In this document: positions 8,703 to 18,493 of the stretch, one piece after another
Numbering within the stretch: the first letter of the stretch is position 1
Layout: every line of letters starts with the position of its first letter
NCBI GenBank assembly: GCA_950072105.1
Contig: CATMOE010000061.1
Span: forward strand, 1-20,211
DNA length: 20,211 nucleotides
Direction of reading: 5' to 3'
From: an uncultured Dehalococcoidia bacterium
GTDB taxonomy: Bacteria; Chloroflexota; Dehalococcoidia; Lucifugimonadales; UBA3495
Made by a program: the position numbers and the translations under genes
The notes under the pieces: model-generated
What the model saw: the letters and a program-made list of their open reading frames with translations, nothing else
What the model was told of the DNA's origin: nothing
Database searches by the model: none

Positions 8703-10082
8703 ATGGCAACCCATACTGGACCGGAAGTAGATGCACTGACGGAGTCTGCCTTGGAGCACCTGTGGGTGTATCTGAGAGAACCCAGCGACATGGCGGAGAA
8801 GGGCGAGCCCCAAATATTCGTCGAGGGTAAGGGCGTTCACGTTACCGACGCCCGGGGCAACGAATACATCGACGCCATGTCAGGCCTGTGGTTGAAGAAC
8901 GTGGGGTATGGGCGCCACGAGATCGCCGATGCCGCCTACGCTCAGATGCTGAAGCTAACTTATATGCCATTGGGCACCACCAACGAGCCCGCCGTCCTCC
9001 TGGCGGAGAAGATCGCCAGTATCACTCCCGGCGATCTGTCACGGTGCTTCTTCACCAGCGGCGGCTCGGAGTCGGTAGAGACTGCCATTAAATTGTCGAG
9101 AGCCTACTTCAAGCGGGTGGGTGAGCCTACCCGGTACAAGTTCATCAGCCGGAAAGGATCCTATCATGGGGCGACCATGGGCGCTCTGGCCTTGGGTGGC
9201 ACGCCGGGTTTTCCCAAGCAGGACTATGAACCAATGATGCCCGGATTTTTCCACGGGCCTCAACCTCTTCCCTATCGTTGTGAGTACGGTGGGACAACTC
9301 CGGAGGAATGCGCCGAGCGGTGCGCCAATGCCATCGAGGACATCATAAAGTTCCAGGGCCCGGACACCGTGGCGGCAGTCGTTGCTGAGCCGATCTCCAG
9401 TCCTTATGGGGCGGTAGTGCCTGGACCCAACTACTGGCCGATGCTGCGGGAGATATGCGACCGCTACGGGTGTTTGCTCATTGCCGATGAAGTCATCACC
9501 GGCTTCGGGCGCACCGGCAAGATGTTCGCCTGTGAGCATTGGGGCATCACTCCGGACATCATGACCGTGGCCAAGGGCCTCACCAGCGGGTATATACCCA
9601 TGGGCGGAGCCATCCTGCGCAAGCCCATCGCCGACGCCTTCGTGGGCAGCCCCCAGGCCGCGTTCAAGCATGTCATCACCTTCGGCGGGCACCCGGTGGC
9701 GGCGGCCGCGGCTCTCAAGAACATCCAGATCATGGAAGAAGAGGGCATGGTGGAGAACTCGGCTCGCATGGGCCGGTACCTCTTGGACGGTCTGGAAGAG
9801 CTGAAAGAGAAGCACCAGATCATCGGCGACGTCCGAGGGCTGGGATTGCTCTGCGGCATGGACATCGTCAAGGACCGGCAGACCAAGGAACCCTTCCCCG
9901 CCGAAGCAAACCTGGGAGCGCGTCTCACCCAAGGATTTTCCGATAACGGAATCATCCTGCGGGGAGGCGACGCCATGAACATCGCCCCACCCCTATGCGT
10001 GACCGCCGGAGAGATCGACGAAATAGTTACCGTATTCGACAAAGTAATCACCCAAACCGCCCGCGACCTGGGTGCGGAGTAG
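8703..10082 (+). CDS. Class-III PLP-dependent aminotransferase (omega-amino acid/taurine:pyruvate-like)
   Basis: 'YIDAMSGLW', 'FFTSGGSES', 'SYHGATMG', 'LLIADEVITGFGRTG', 'PDIMTVAKGLTSGYIP'; RBS AAGGAG. Confidence 0.95.
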   Translation: MATHTGPEVDALTESALEHLWVYLREPSDMAEKGEPQIFVEGKGVHVTDARGNEYIDAMSGLWLKNVGYGRHEIADAAYAQMLKLTYMPLGTTNEPAVLLAEKIASITPGDLSRCFFTSGGSESVETAIKLSRAYFKRVGEPTRYKFISRKGSYHGATMGALALGGTPGFPKQDYEPMMPGFFHGPQPLPYRCEYGGTTPEECAERCANAIEDIIKFQGPDTVAAVVAEPISSPYGAVVPGPNYWPMLREICDRYGCLLIADEVITGFGRTGKMFACEHWGITPDIMTVAKGLTSGYIPMGGAILRKPIADAFVGSPQAAFKHVITFGGHPVAAAAALKNIQIMEEEGMVENSARMGRYLLDGLEELKEKHQIIGDVRGLGLLCGMDIVKDRQTKEPFPAEANLGARLTQGFSDNGIILRGGDAMNIAPPLCVTAGEIDEIVTVFDKVITQTARDLGAE

Positions 10083-10091
10083 GCGAGGCTA

Positions 10092-10158
10092 GCCACAGAG
10101 ACACAGAGACCACGGAGTAAAAATAAGAAAATCTCCGTGCCCTCTGTGTTTCTGTGGC
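10092..10158. repeat. Long inverted repeat built from CAC(A/G)GAG units
   Basis: GCCACAGAG-ACACAGAG-AC-CACGGAG / 15-nt AT-rich loop / CTCCGTG-CC-CTCTGTGT-TTCTGTGGC, a ~26-bp near-perfect stem between two co-oriented genes. Confidence 0.85.
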
Positions 10159-10178
10159 AAATTCAACGGGAGATTAAG

Positions 10179-11084
10179 ATGGCGGCAACTAAAGTAGGGT
10201 TTATTGGCCTTGGCCGCATGGGATTGCCCATGTCGTACCGGCTGCTGGCGGCTGGGTTCGATCTGACGGTGCATAACCGCAGCCAGGGTAAGGTTAAGGA
10301 GATTGCGTCGGCGGGGGCGCGGGCTGCCACGTCGGTGGTCGAAGTGGTCCGGGAGGCCGACGTTGTCCTAGCGTGTTTGCCGGACGTGGCGACTTCGGAA
10401 GAGATATTCCTGGGCGATGACGGCATAGTAGCCAACGCCAAGCCCGGCCAGGTTCTTGTTGACCATAGCACCGTGGGGATGGCGACCTCCAAGGCCTGCG
10501 CCGCCGCCGCCGAAGCCAAGGGAGCCTTCTTCCTGGACGCGCCCATAAGCGGGGGCACCGAGCGAGCCGCCGACGGTACGCTGGTCATCATGGCCGGAGG
10601 ACCAGTTGAGGCTTATCAGCGGGCCTTGCCGTCGTTCGACGCCATGGGCACGACCGTTCGGCACATCGGTCCCACGGGCACCGGCACCGTCGTGAAGTTA
10701 GTCAACCAGCTTCTGGTGGGCATCCATTCGGTCGCCGCCGCCGAGGCCATGGTGGTAGGAGCGAAAGCCGGCGCGGACCCGGCCCTGGTGTTTGAGGTAG
10801 TCAACTCGGGTTGGGGGCACAGCTTCATGCTGGACCGTAACGCGCCGGTGATGCTGGACCGGGACTTCGATGGGGCCCGTACCCAGATCAAAGTATTCCT
10901 AAAGGACATGGGTCTTATTCAGGACCTGACCAAAGAGCTAGGCATTGAGATGCCTGGCGCCAATCTGGCCTATAGCTTCGTCAAGCAGGCGGTTGACAAA
11001 GGGTTCGGCGATATGGACTCTGCCGCGGCCGTGATGCTTCTGGAGGAGCAAACCGGGTGTATCGTGGAGCGGAAGCCTGCATAG
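10179..11084 (+). CDS. NAD(P)-dependent beta-hydroxyacid dehydrogenase (3-hydroxyisobutyrate dehydrogenase/GarR family)
   Basis: 'VGFIGLGRMGLPM', 'FLDAPISGG', catalytic Lys in 'VVKLVNQ', 'FLKDM'. ATG 10179 follows RBS GGGAG; the track start at 10137 lies inside the repeat. Confidence 0.93.
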   Translation: MAATKVGFIGLGRMGLPMSYRLLAAGFDLTVHNRSQGKVKEIASAGARAATSVVEVVREADVVLACLPDVATSEEIFLGDDGIVANAKPGQVLVDHSTVGMATSKACAAAAEAKGAFFLDAPISGGTERAADGTLVIMAGGPVEAYQRALPSFDAMGTTVRHIGPTGTGTVVKLVNQLLVGIHSVAAAEAMVVGAKAGADPALVFEVVNSGWGHSFMLDRNAPVMLDRDFDGARTQIKVFLKDMGLIQDLTKELGIEMPGANLAYSFVKQAVDKGFGDMDSAAAVMLLEEQTGCIVERKPA

Positions 11085-11146
11085 TGGTTTGTCTTGGGAT
11101 TTCGGACGTCGCGGATGGCTCGGATCTCAACTCGGAAGGCGGAGCG

Positions 11147-11194
11147 GTGGTTCGACAAGCTCACCACGAACGGGTTCTTAGGCTCACGACGAAC
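11147..11194. repeat. REP-like element, copy 2 (with partial direct duplication)
   Basis: GTGGTTCGACAAGCTCACCACGAACGG followed by AGGCTCACGACGAAC, located between convergent genes. Confidence 0.85.
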
Positions 11195-11249
11195 TGGGTA
11201 AGGGCGTTACCAGTCTGCAGAATTCCACCGTCGTGGGTAAAACTCCGAT

Positions 11250-12071
11250 TTAGGATGCCCTGTAGGGCCCCAACTCGTGGATGATCTCCGCCAGCCGCCT
11301 AACCCGTTCCGGGTCGATGAGGTTGCCCACGATCCCATCCCGTTTCAAGCTGGTCCCCACGATAGCCCCGTCAGCCTCCGCCAGTATCCGGGCCGCGTTG
11401 GCCTCGTTTATGCCACTACCGACTAACAAGAACCCATCCGGCACCGCCTTCCGGGCCACTGCCACGTCGGACTCCTCGGCCGGTTGTCCGGTGACCGGGC
11501 CGCTGACTATCAGCCCATCGGCCAACCCCCGATAGGTGGTCTCCTGAGCCATCTGGCCTAGGTCTTGGGGACCGACGGGGACCGCGTGCTTGACCAGTAC
11601 GTCGGCCAGAATCTTCACCTCGACGCCCAGGGATCTGCGGTGGCGCAAGGTCGCGTAGGCATCCCCTTGGACCATTCCCTCTTCGGCGGCCATGACACCG
11701 TAGTGGACATTCACCCGGATAAAATCGGCTCCGGTCGCGGATGCCACCGCCAGCGCGGACTTGGCGTCGTTGCGCAGCATGTTCACGCCCACCGGAAGAT
11801 CGGTTCCGTGCTTCACCCGTGCCACTGCCAGCGTCATAGCCGCCACGGTGTCGGGTTCCACCGGGCCGATGCGGAAGGGAACGTCCCCGAAATTCTCAAC
11901 GATGATGCCGTTGGCGCCACCCTGCTCCAGAACCGAGGCCTCTTCTTGAGCCCGATCCAGCACCCAGTCCATGTCCCCTCCCCAACCGGGTGAACCGGGT
12001 AGGGGTGGCAGGTGCACCACGCCGATAAGGGCTTTTTCAGTATTCGCATTGTTGAACAAGCCGTGGGCCAT
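11250..12071 (-). CDS. BtpA/SgcQ family TIM-barrel protein
   Basis: 'IGVVHLPPLPGSP', 'IIVENFGDVPF', 'GVNMLRND', 'FIRVNV', 'ADVLVKHA', 'VGSGI', 'ADGAIVGTSLK'. Confidence 0.93.
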   Translation of the reverse strand: MAHGLFNNANTEKALIGVVHLPPLPGSPGWGGDMDWVLDRAQEEASVLEQGGANGIIVENFGDVPFRIGPVEPDTVAAMTLAVARVKHGTDLPVGVNMLRNDAKSALAVASATGADFIRVNVHYGVMAAEEGMVQGDAYATLRHRRSLGVEVKILADVLVKHAVPVGPQDLGQMAQETTYRGLADGLIVSGPVTGQPAEESDVAVARKAVPDGFLLVGSGINEANAARILAEADGAIVGTSLKRDGIVGNLIDPERVRRLAEIIHELGPYRAS

Positions 12072-12167
12072 CTTTCGTTACCCCATATTCCCATTGCCAC
12101 TTCTATGTTCGTTACAGTATAAGGCGAAACAAACCTGACGAACCAGGCGCAACGACTTAACATAGTG

Positions 12168-12195
12168 TTGTCTGGTACCTTAGGAGTGCTAAAAT
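12168..12195 (+). promoter_or_regulatory. Putative sigma70 promoter of uvrA
   Basis: -35 TTGTCT (12168-12173), 16-nt spacer, extended -10 TGcTAAAAT (12187-12195). Confidence 0.5.
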
Positions 12196-12225
12196 ATCCG
12201 CGATTGAATATGTGATAGGTGTGGT

Positions 12226-15144
12226 GTGATGCCCCAGGAATTCATCGTTATCAAAGGCGCCCGCGAACACAACCTAAAAAACATCGAGATCTCCATTCCC
12301 CGGGAGAAGCTGGTGGTGATCACCGGCGTGTCCGGGTCCGGCAAGAGTTCTCTGGCCTTCGACACGATCTACGCCGAGGGTCAGAGGCGTTACGTGGAGT
12401 CATTATCCGCTTACGCCCGCCAATTCTTGGGACGCATGGATAAGCCGGACGTCGACTACATCGAAGGGCTGTCCCCGGCCATATCCATCGACCAGAAGGG
12501 CGTGTCCCACAACCCCCGGTCAACCGTGGGCACCGTCACGGAGATTTACGACTACATGCGGCTGCTTTTTGCCCGGCTGGGAACGCCTCACTGCGCCAAA
12601 TGCGGGCAACCGGTGGAAAAGCAGACCGTGCAGCAGATCGCCGACGCTATCATGTCCTTGCCCGAAGGCAGCCGCATCTTGTTGCTGGCGCCCAAAGTAA
12701 GGCGCAAGAAAGGGGAACATAAAGACATTTTCGACGCCGCGAGTAAGTCCGGCTTCGTTCGGGTAAGGGTCAATGGTACCGTCCACCTCCTGGATGAATT
12801 GGACCAATTGAACCTGAATCGGCAGAAGTGGCATTACATCGAGATCGTCGTGGACCGGCTAATCATCCGGGATGACACCGAGGTAAGCCGGGTGTCAGAG
12901 TCGGTTGAGGCTGCGTTGCGGGAAGGAGACGGCGTAGTCCTGGCCGCTATAGAAGACGGAGAGGAGTTGGTTTTCTCCGAGCAGTTTGCTTGCGTGAGTT
13001 GCGGGACCAGCTTGATGGAGATTGAGCCCCGGACGTTCAGCTTCAACAGTCCCCACGGCGCCTGCAACCAATGCACCGGTCTTGGCTACAAACTTGAAGT
13101 GGACCCTGACCTGGTCATATCCAACAAAGCGTTGTCCCTAGCCGAAGGGGCGATAACTCCCTGGTCTAGGGGCGGCCCCTCAAGCAGCTGGTACGTGAGT
13201 CTCCTGGAGTCTATCGCCGGCGCTCACGGGTTTTCCGCTAAAGTCCCGGTCAAGGACCTACCCAAAGAAAGCTTGGACTTGGTGCTTTACGGCAACGGGA
13301 CCAAGAAGGTCACCATCCGGCACCGGACGCACCGGGGCCGTACCTATAGCTGGGACACGAATTTTGAGGGTGTGATTCCCAACTTGGAAAGACGCTATAA
13401 GAACACCGAGTCGGACCACACCCGCCAAGAGATAGAGCGGTACATGGCGGCCCGGCCCTGCCGCGCCTGTCAGGGCAACCGGCTACGGCCTGAAGCCTTG
13501 GCGGTGACGGTTTGTGGACTGGGAATCATGGAAGTGTGCGCCAAGAATGTGGGTCATGCCTGGGAATGGGTCCGTGAGATCGACCCCGACGTGCCCTGGA
13601 AAGGTCCCCGTCAGACCCTATCGGTACGGGAAAAGATCATCGGCAATCAGATCCTCAAGGAGATAGAAGGCCGTCTGGAGTTTCTGAAAAATATCGGCCT
13701 TGATTACGTGACCCTGGGCCGTACCGCCAAAACCCTCTCAGGAGGTGAAGCCCAGCGCGTTCGGCTGGCGACCCAGATCGGATCGGGGCTGACAGGCGTG
13801 CTCTACGTTTGCGATGAACCTACCGTGGGCCTACACCCCCATGACGATCACCTCTTGATCAGCACTCTCACGAACTTGCGTGACCTGGGCAACACCGTGG
13901 TGGTGGTGGAGCACGACGAGGCCATGATGCGGTCAGCCGACTTCATCGCCGACATGGGGCCCGGAGCGGGCGAGCACGGCGGCTATGTGGTGGCGTCCGG
14001 CACGATCGACGACATAATGGATTGTCCGGAATCGTTGACCGGTCAGTACCTCAGTGGGCGCAAAAAGGTTCCGTTCCCCCAAGAGCGCCGTCCCGGCAAC
14101 GGTCTGTTCCTAACGGTCAAGGGATGCGAGGAGAACAATCTAAAGAAGATCGACGTTGAGCTCCCTCTGGGCCAGTTGGTGTGTATCACCGGGGTATCCG
14201 GTTCGGGTAAGAGCACCCTGATCTACGACATTCTGTACAAACGTCTCGCCCAGTTGATCAACCGCGCCCGCGACTTGCCAGGCAAGCATAAGGAAATCGT
14301 TGGGGTCGAAAACATCGACAAAGTCGTCAACATCGACCAGTCGCCCATCGGCCGAACGCCCCGCAGCAACCCGGCCACCTATACCGGGGCCTTCACGCCT
14401 ATGCGAGAGCTGTTCGCGAATCTGCCAGAAGCCAAGATACGGGGGTATGCTCCGGGCCGGTTTTCCTTCAACGTCAAGGGAGGCCGTTGTGAGGCCTGCC
14501 AGGGCGAAGGCTACAACCAGATAGAGATGCAGTTCTTGCCCGACGTGACCGTGCCTTGCGAGATCTGCCACGGGCGCCGTTACAACCGGGAGGCCTTGGA
14601 GGTAACGCTGCGCGGCCACAGCATCGCCGATGTTCTGGACATGACGGTGGACCAGGCTTTGGAGGTTTTTAGCGGCTTCCCTCGGATCCGTCCTAAGCTG
14701 GAGACACTGCGTGACGTGGGCTTGGGGTACATCCGGTTGGGGCAGCCCGCCACTACCTTGTCCGGTGGCGAGGCCCAAAGGGTGAAACTGTCCACGGAGC
14801 TTTCCAAGCGGGCCACCGGCAAGACCCTGTACTTGCTGGATGAACCGACGACCGGGCTGTCTTTCGAAGACTGCGCCGCCCTGCTTCGGGTCCTCCACCG
14901 GTTGGTTGATGGCGGAAACACCGTCATCCTCATCGAGCACAACTTGGACGTCATCAAAAATGCTGACTGGATCATTGATCTGGGACCCGGCGCGGGAGAT
15001 CTGGGCGGCCGCTTGATCGCCCAAGGGACTCCGGAGCAGGTAGCCAAAAATAAAAAATCATTCACCGGCCAGTACCTTCAGCCGATCTTGAAGAACGGCC
15101 GAAAAACCGTTGGCGAGCCCGTCGGAGCGGCGGTGGGGGATTAG
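12226..15144 (+). CDS. uvrA: Excinuclease ABC subunit A (start GTG 12226 or ATG 12229)
   Basis: 'KGAREHNLKN', two Walker A motifs 'GVSGSGKS', 'DTIYAEGQRRYVESLS', two 'LSGGEAQR' signatures, zinc-finger CxxC pairs, 'FSFNVKGGRCEAC'. Confidence 0.99.
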   Translation: MMPQEFIVIKGAREHNLKNIEISIPREKLVVITGVSGSGKSSLAFDTIYAEGQRRYVESLSAYARQFLGRMDKPDVDYIEGLSPAISIDQKGVSHNPRSTVGTVTEIYDYMRLLFARLGTPHCAKCGQPVEKQTVQQIADAIMSLPEGSRILLLAPKVRRKKGEHKDIFDAASKSGFVRVRVNGTVHLLDELDQLNLNRQKWHYIEIVVDRLIIRDDTEVSRVSESVEAALREGDGVVLAAIEDGEELVFSEQFACVSCGTSLMEIEPRTFSFNSPHGACNQCTGLGYKLEVDPDLVISNKALSLAEGAITPWSRGGPSSSWYVSLLESIAGAHGFSAKVPVKDLPKESLDLVLYGNGTKKVTIRHRTHRGRTYSWDTNFEGVIPNLERRYKNTESDHTRQEIERYMAARPCRACQGNRLRPEALAVTVCGLGIMEVCAKNVGHAWEWVREIDPDVPWKGPRQTLSVREKIIGNQILKEIEGRLEFLKNIGLDYVTLGRTAKTLSGGEAQRVRLATQIGSGLTGVLYVCDEPTVGLHPHDDHLLISTLTNLRDLGNTVVVVEHDEAMMRSADFIADMGPGAGEHGGYVVASGTIDDIMDCPESLTGQYLSGRKKVPFPQERRPGNGLFLTVKGCEENNLKKIDVELPLGQLVCITGVSGSGKSTLIYDILYKRLAQLINRARDLPGKHKEIVGVENIDKVVNIDQSPIGRTPRSNPATYTGAFTPMRELFANLPEAKIRGYAPGRFSFNVKGGRCEACQGEGYNQIEMQFLPDVTVPCEICHGRRYNREALEVTLRGHSIADVLDMTVDQALEVFSGFPRIRPKLETLRDVGLGYIRLGQPATTLSGGEAQRVKLSTELSKRATGKTLYLLDEPTTGLSFEDCAALLRVLHRLVDGGNTVILIEHNLDVIKNADWIIDLGPGAGDLGGRLIAQGTPEQVAKNKKSFTGQYLQPILKNGRKTVGEPVGAAVGD

Positions 15145-15231
15145 GTAACACATCGTTATTGGACGTCGCTTTTCAGTTTGTACTCAAAAGAACTTGGCGA
15201 GTTCCCGATGACTGTGACGCGGCACCCAGTT

Positions 15232-15260
15232 TTGTCACCCGCACCCCGTTTTGATAGAAT
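15232..15260 (+). promoter_or_regulatory. sigma70-type promoter of the MBL hydrolase gene
   Basis: -35 TTGTCA (15232-15237), 17-nt spacer, extended -10 TGaTAGAAT (15252-15260). Confidence 0.7.
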
Positions 15261-15307
15261 GGCTATCGTAAACTTGTTGTCCCACCGTTATCCAAGCGAG
15301 GAGAATC

Positions 15308-15943
15308 ATGCCCTTTCATTACGATGGCGAACTGAAAATCACCAAGATAAACATGGGTCCCTACAACAACAATGGCTATATCGTTATTTGCCCTGAAACC
15401 AACGAGGGTGTGATTATCGACACTCCCGCTGAACCGGAAAAGTTGCTCGGCGCCATCGGGGATGTTCAGATAAAAAGCATCCTGATCACCCACAAACATC
15501 AAGACCACCTTCTGGGTTTCGACGAGATCACCGGGGCTGTTCAGGTCCCCGTGGGCATCGGCACAGATGATGCCGATGGTCTACCCAGGCCTCCTCAACT
15601 CGACCTGAAAGACGGCATGGTGATAAAGTTTGGCAACCAGGAGATGACGGTTCTGGACACCCCCGGCCACACCGAGGGAGCGACCTGCTTCTTGATTGGC
15701 AAGCATCTATTCTCCGGAGACACCCTCTTCCCCGGAGGGCCCGGCAAAACCCGCAGCCCCGAAGCTCTACAGCAGGTAATCGACAGCATCACGAAAAAGC
15801 TACTCGTATTGCCCGACGACACCGCCGTCTATCCAGGCCATGGTGACGACACAACAATCGGCGAGGCTCGCGAGCAGTATCAGGTATTCGCCTCCAAGCC
15901 GCGAGACCCCGGCTTGTTCGGTGATGTAGCCTGGTTAGTTTAA
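15308..15943 (+). CDS. MBL-fold metallo-hydrolase (glyoxalase II/YcbL-like)
   Basis: 'ITHKHQDH' (HxHxDH), 'TPGHTEG', 'FSGDTLF', 'VYPGHG'; RBS GAGGAG. Confidence 0.93.
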   Translation: MPFHYDGELKITKINMGPYNNNGYIVICPETNEGVIIDTPAEPEKLLGAIGDVQIKSILITHKHQDHLLGFDEITGAVQVPVGIGTDDADGLPRPPQLDLKDGMVIKFGNQEMTVLDTPGHTEGATCFLIGKHLFSGDTLFPGGPGKTRSPEALQQVIDSITKKLLVLPDDTAVYPGHGDDTTIGEAREQYQVFASKPRDPGLFGDVAWLV

Positions 15944-15972
15944 TCGCTGCCCGCCGGAAAAATTGTCGCGTC

Positions 15973-15999
15973 CAGGGAGCGGTCTCCGCTCCCTGTTTT
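15973..15999 (+). terminator. Rho-independent terminator after the MBL gene
   Basis: Perfect 10-bp stem CAGGGAGCGG-TCT-CCGCTCCCTG followed by TTTT. Confidence 0.75.
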
Positions 16000-16048
16000 C
16001 TTAGCCGGTACGGGCTTTGCGTCCCGGCATTAAACGTATGAGGTGAAC

Positions 16049-17311
16049 ATGTACCAACGTTCCGTCCTGGATAACCAGCTTCGAGTTTTCACGTCCTCTA
16101 TGCCCCACACCCTGTCGGTTTCGATCACCCTATGCGTCGGCGCCGGCTCTCGCTACGAAACCCCTGAGCTGGCCGGTGTTTCCCATTTTATCGAGCACCT
16201 GCCCTTCAAAGGCACTAAAAGCTGGCCCACCGCCCAGGCGGTTAGCGAGGCGATCGAGGGTGTAGGCGGAATAATGAACGCCAGCACCGACCGTGAAATG
16301 ACGGTTTTTTGGTGCAAAGTTGCCAGGATTCATTTCCGCAAGGCCTTGTCGGTGATGCTGGACATGATTCTCAACCCGGTGTTGGACCGGGAAGATGTGG
16401 AGAAGGAGCGGGAGATCATCCAGGAAGAGCTACGGATGACCTACGACCATCCCACATACAAAGTGGACCTGCTGATCGACGAGGCGCTGTGGCCGGACCA
16501 GGCCATGGGCCGGGATGTAGGCGGGACGCCGGAGACGGTGGAAAAGATTTCCCAGGAAAGCATACGTGAATACATGGCCCAGCAATACAATCCCGCCAAC
16601 ACGGTCCTGGCGATCGCCGGAGACGTTACCCATGAAGAAGTCCTGGACATGGTGGGTGAGGCCACCGTCCAGTGGGAGCCTCGGGAATCACTAGACTGGG
16701 AGCCGGTCGTAAACGGCCACTATGATCCCGAGGTCCGAATGGAGTGGCGGCGAACCGACCAGACTCACATCTGTTTGGCGGTGCCGGGGCTGTCCTTAAA
16801 CGACCCGGACCGGTACAACCTGACCATCCTCAACGTTATCTTGGGCGATGGGATGAGCAGCAGGCTTTTCCAAAGCCTACGGGAGGTTCAGGGATTGGCG
16901 TACGATGTCAGCAGTTCCAACAGCCACTTCCGGGACTGCGGGGCGCTGACGGTTTACTGTGGCGTGGAACCTAAGAAGAGCCGGCTAGCCGTGCAGGGGA
17001 TCGTCCACGAGCTACAGGGGATGCATCAAGAGGCTCCCGAGCAGGAAATTACCAAGGCCAGGGAATATACCAAGGGCCGCCTGCTCCTTCGCATGGAGGA
17101 TACCCGTGCGGTATCGGGATGGCTTGCCAGCCAGGAGTTGCTACAAGGCGAAGTCGCGACACCGGAAGAAGTTGTCCAGAGATTAGACGAGGTAAACTCA
17201 GAAGATGTCGCGAGGGTTGCTGAGCGTCTTCTCCAACCGGAACAGATACGCCTGGCGGTGGTGGGACCTCATCGCAGTGAGGCGCGATTCCTGAAATTGC
17301 TTCAATTTTAA
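16049..17311 (+). CDS. M16 (pitrilysin/MPP-like) zinc peptidase
   Basis: 'AGSRYE', inverted zinc motif 'SHFIEHLPFKGT', 'GGIMNAST', 'EKEREIIQEE', 'LGDGMSSRLFQSLREVQGLAY'; RBS GAGGTG before ATG 16049. Confidence 0.95.
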   Translation: MYQRSVLDNQLRVFTSSMPHTLSVSITLCVGAGSRYETPELAGVSHFIEHLPFKGTKSWPTAQAVSEAIEGVGGIMNASTDREMTVFWCKVARIHFRKALSVMLDMILNPVLDREDVEKEREIIQEELRMTYDHPTYKVDLLIDEALWPDQAMGRDVGGTPETVEKISQESIREYMAQQYNPANTVLAIAGDVTHEEVLDMVGEATVQWEPRESLDWEPVVNGHYDPEVRMEWRRTDQTHICLAVPGLSLNDPDRYNLTILNVILGDGMSSRLFQSLREVQGLAYDVSSSNSHFRDCGALTVYCGVEPKKSRLAVQGIVHELQGMHQEAPEQEITKAREYTKGRLLLRMEDTRAVSGWLASQELLQGEVATPEEVVQRLDEVNSEDVARVAERLLQPEQIRLAVVGPHRSEARFLKLLQF

Positions 17312-17390
17312 TTTTTGGCGATCGTGGATCACGTAAACGCGCCGTCCCGCCTGGTTCTGCCTGAACCCGGCCACGCAGCATGGAGGATAG

Positions 17391-18467
17391 ATGGACCCAA
17401 CCAAGTCGATCCAGGTCGACAGCCTGGAGGAAGCCCATGAAGAGATGTACCGGTTAGGATGGACTGACGGCCTTCCCGTCATCCCGCCGACGGCCAAGCT
17501 TGTTAGTGCTGCGTTGGACTTCCTGGGGCGCGATCCTCAAGAAGTGATCGGCGAAATACCGCCGAAAAACCGAATAGCCACAGTGGAGAAAGTGGTGGTG
17601 AACTCGGTGATGGCCGGGTGCTTACCCGAGTACATCCCGGTGGTCATAGCCTCCATAGAGGCGATGCTGCATAACGAGTTCAACCTAAACGGGATTCAGG
17701 CCACCACCAATTGCATCAGCCCATTGGCGATCGTCAGCGGACCGGTTGTCGAGCAATTGGGATTTAACGCTGGCGACAACGTGTTCGGAGGCGGCTCTAG
17801 GGCCAACGCCGCCGTCGGCCGCGCCATCCGTCTCGTGATGTGGAACATCGGGGGTGGATACGCCGGAGAGATCGACCGGGCCACCTTCGGACATCCTGGG
17901 AAATACACTTTTTGCGTCGCCGAGAACAGCCAGGATAGCCCGTGGGGGCCCCTGCACCAAGACCTGGGGCTCCCTGCCGAATCATCGGCGGTAACCGTTT
18001 TTGCCTGCGAGTCCCCGCACCACATCGCCACCGGATCCGGCTACGTTCTTACCGGCGGCGATATCCTGGCGGTGATCGCCGACAGCATCGCCACCGCCGG
18101 TAGCGCGGCCATGAACGGCGGCGGCCAAGTTCTGCTGCTTATGGGTCCGATGACCGCCCAGAAGCTGGCGTCGGACGGCTACGATAAGCAACAGATCCGG
18201 GAAGAGTTGCACCAACTGGCCCGCAAACCGGTTCGGTTGATGAAGTCCAACAAATTCTTGAACCCGGAACACCCGTTCCACTGGGCCAACTTTATAGACC
18301 CGGAAGACGATGACGCGATGATTCCAGCGTTACGGACGCCGGAAGACCTGTTGATCATGGTGGCCGGGGGTTGGGGTTCAGGGTCGGGGTTTAACGCCGT
18401 GTGTCACGGCTGGATGCAAGCCGGAGGACTGGCCCAAACCCGGCCGATCGAATTGATCCCGTCATAA
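17391..18467 (+). CDS. Conserved hypothetical protein ('GWTDGLPVIPPT' family), partner of the UGSC selenoprotein
   Basis: 358-aa ORF with RBS GGAGGA; motifs 'GWTDGLPVIPPT', 'ATVEKVVVNSVMAGCLPEY', 'RANAAVGRAIRL', 'GHPGKY', 'AENxxxSPW'. Function unknown. Confidence 0.85.
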   Translation: MDPTKSIQVDSLEEAHEEMYRLGWTDGLPVIPPTAKLVSAALDFLGRDPQEVIGEIPPKNRIATVEKVVVNSVMAGCLPEYIPVVIASIEAMLHNEFNLNGIQATTNCISPLAIVSGPVVEQLGFNAGDNVFGGGSRANAAVGRAIRLVMWNIGGGYAGEIDRATFGHPGKYTFCVAENSQDSPWGPLHQDLGLPAESSAVTVFACESPHHIATGSGYVLTGGDILAVIADSIATAGSAAMNGGGQVLLLMGPMTAQKLASDGYDKQQIREELHQLARKPVRLMKSNKFLNPEHPFHWANFIDPEDDDAMIPALRTPEDLLIMVAGGWGSGSGFNAVCHGWMQAGGLAQTRPIELIPS

Positions 18468-18493
18468 TCTCATTGTTCGAAAAGGAGTGAACG

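Noticed and set aside
1679..11194. Near-identical 26-mers as CRISPR repeats
   Set aside because: The copies are kilobases apart, with no regular spacer array and no cas genes.
12100..12220. LexA/SOS box upstream of uvrA (GAAC-N4-GTTC type)
   Set aside because: Only half-sites or poor matches are present (ATGTTC, TAAC-N5-GTTG, GAAT-ATGT-GATA); not supportable without a lineage-specific weight matrix.
15190..15204. GAACT-N5-AGTTC inverted repeat upstream of the MBL promoter
   Set aside because: Spacing does not fit the GAAC-N4-GTTC LexA box, and a single 5-bp palindrome can occur by chance.
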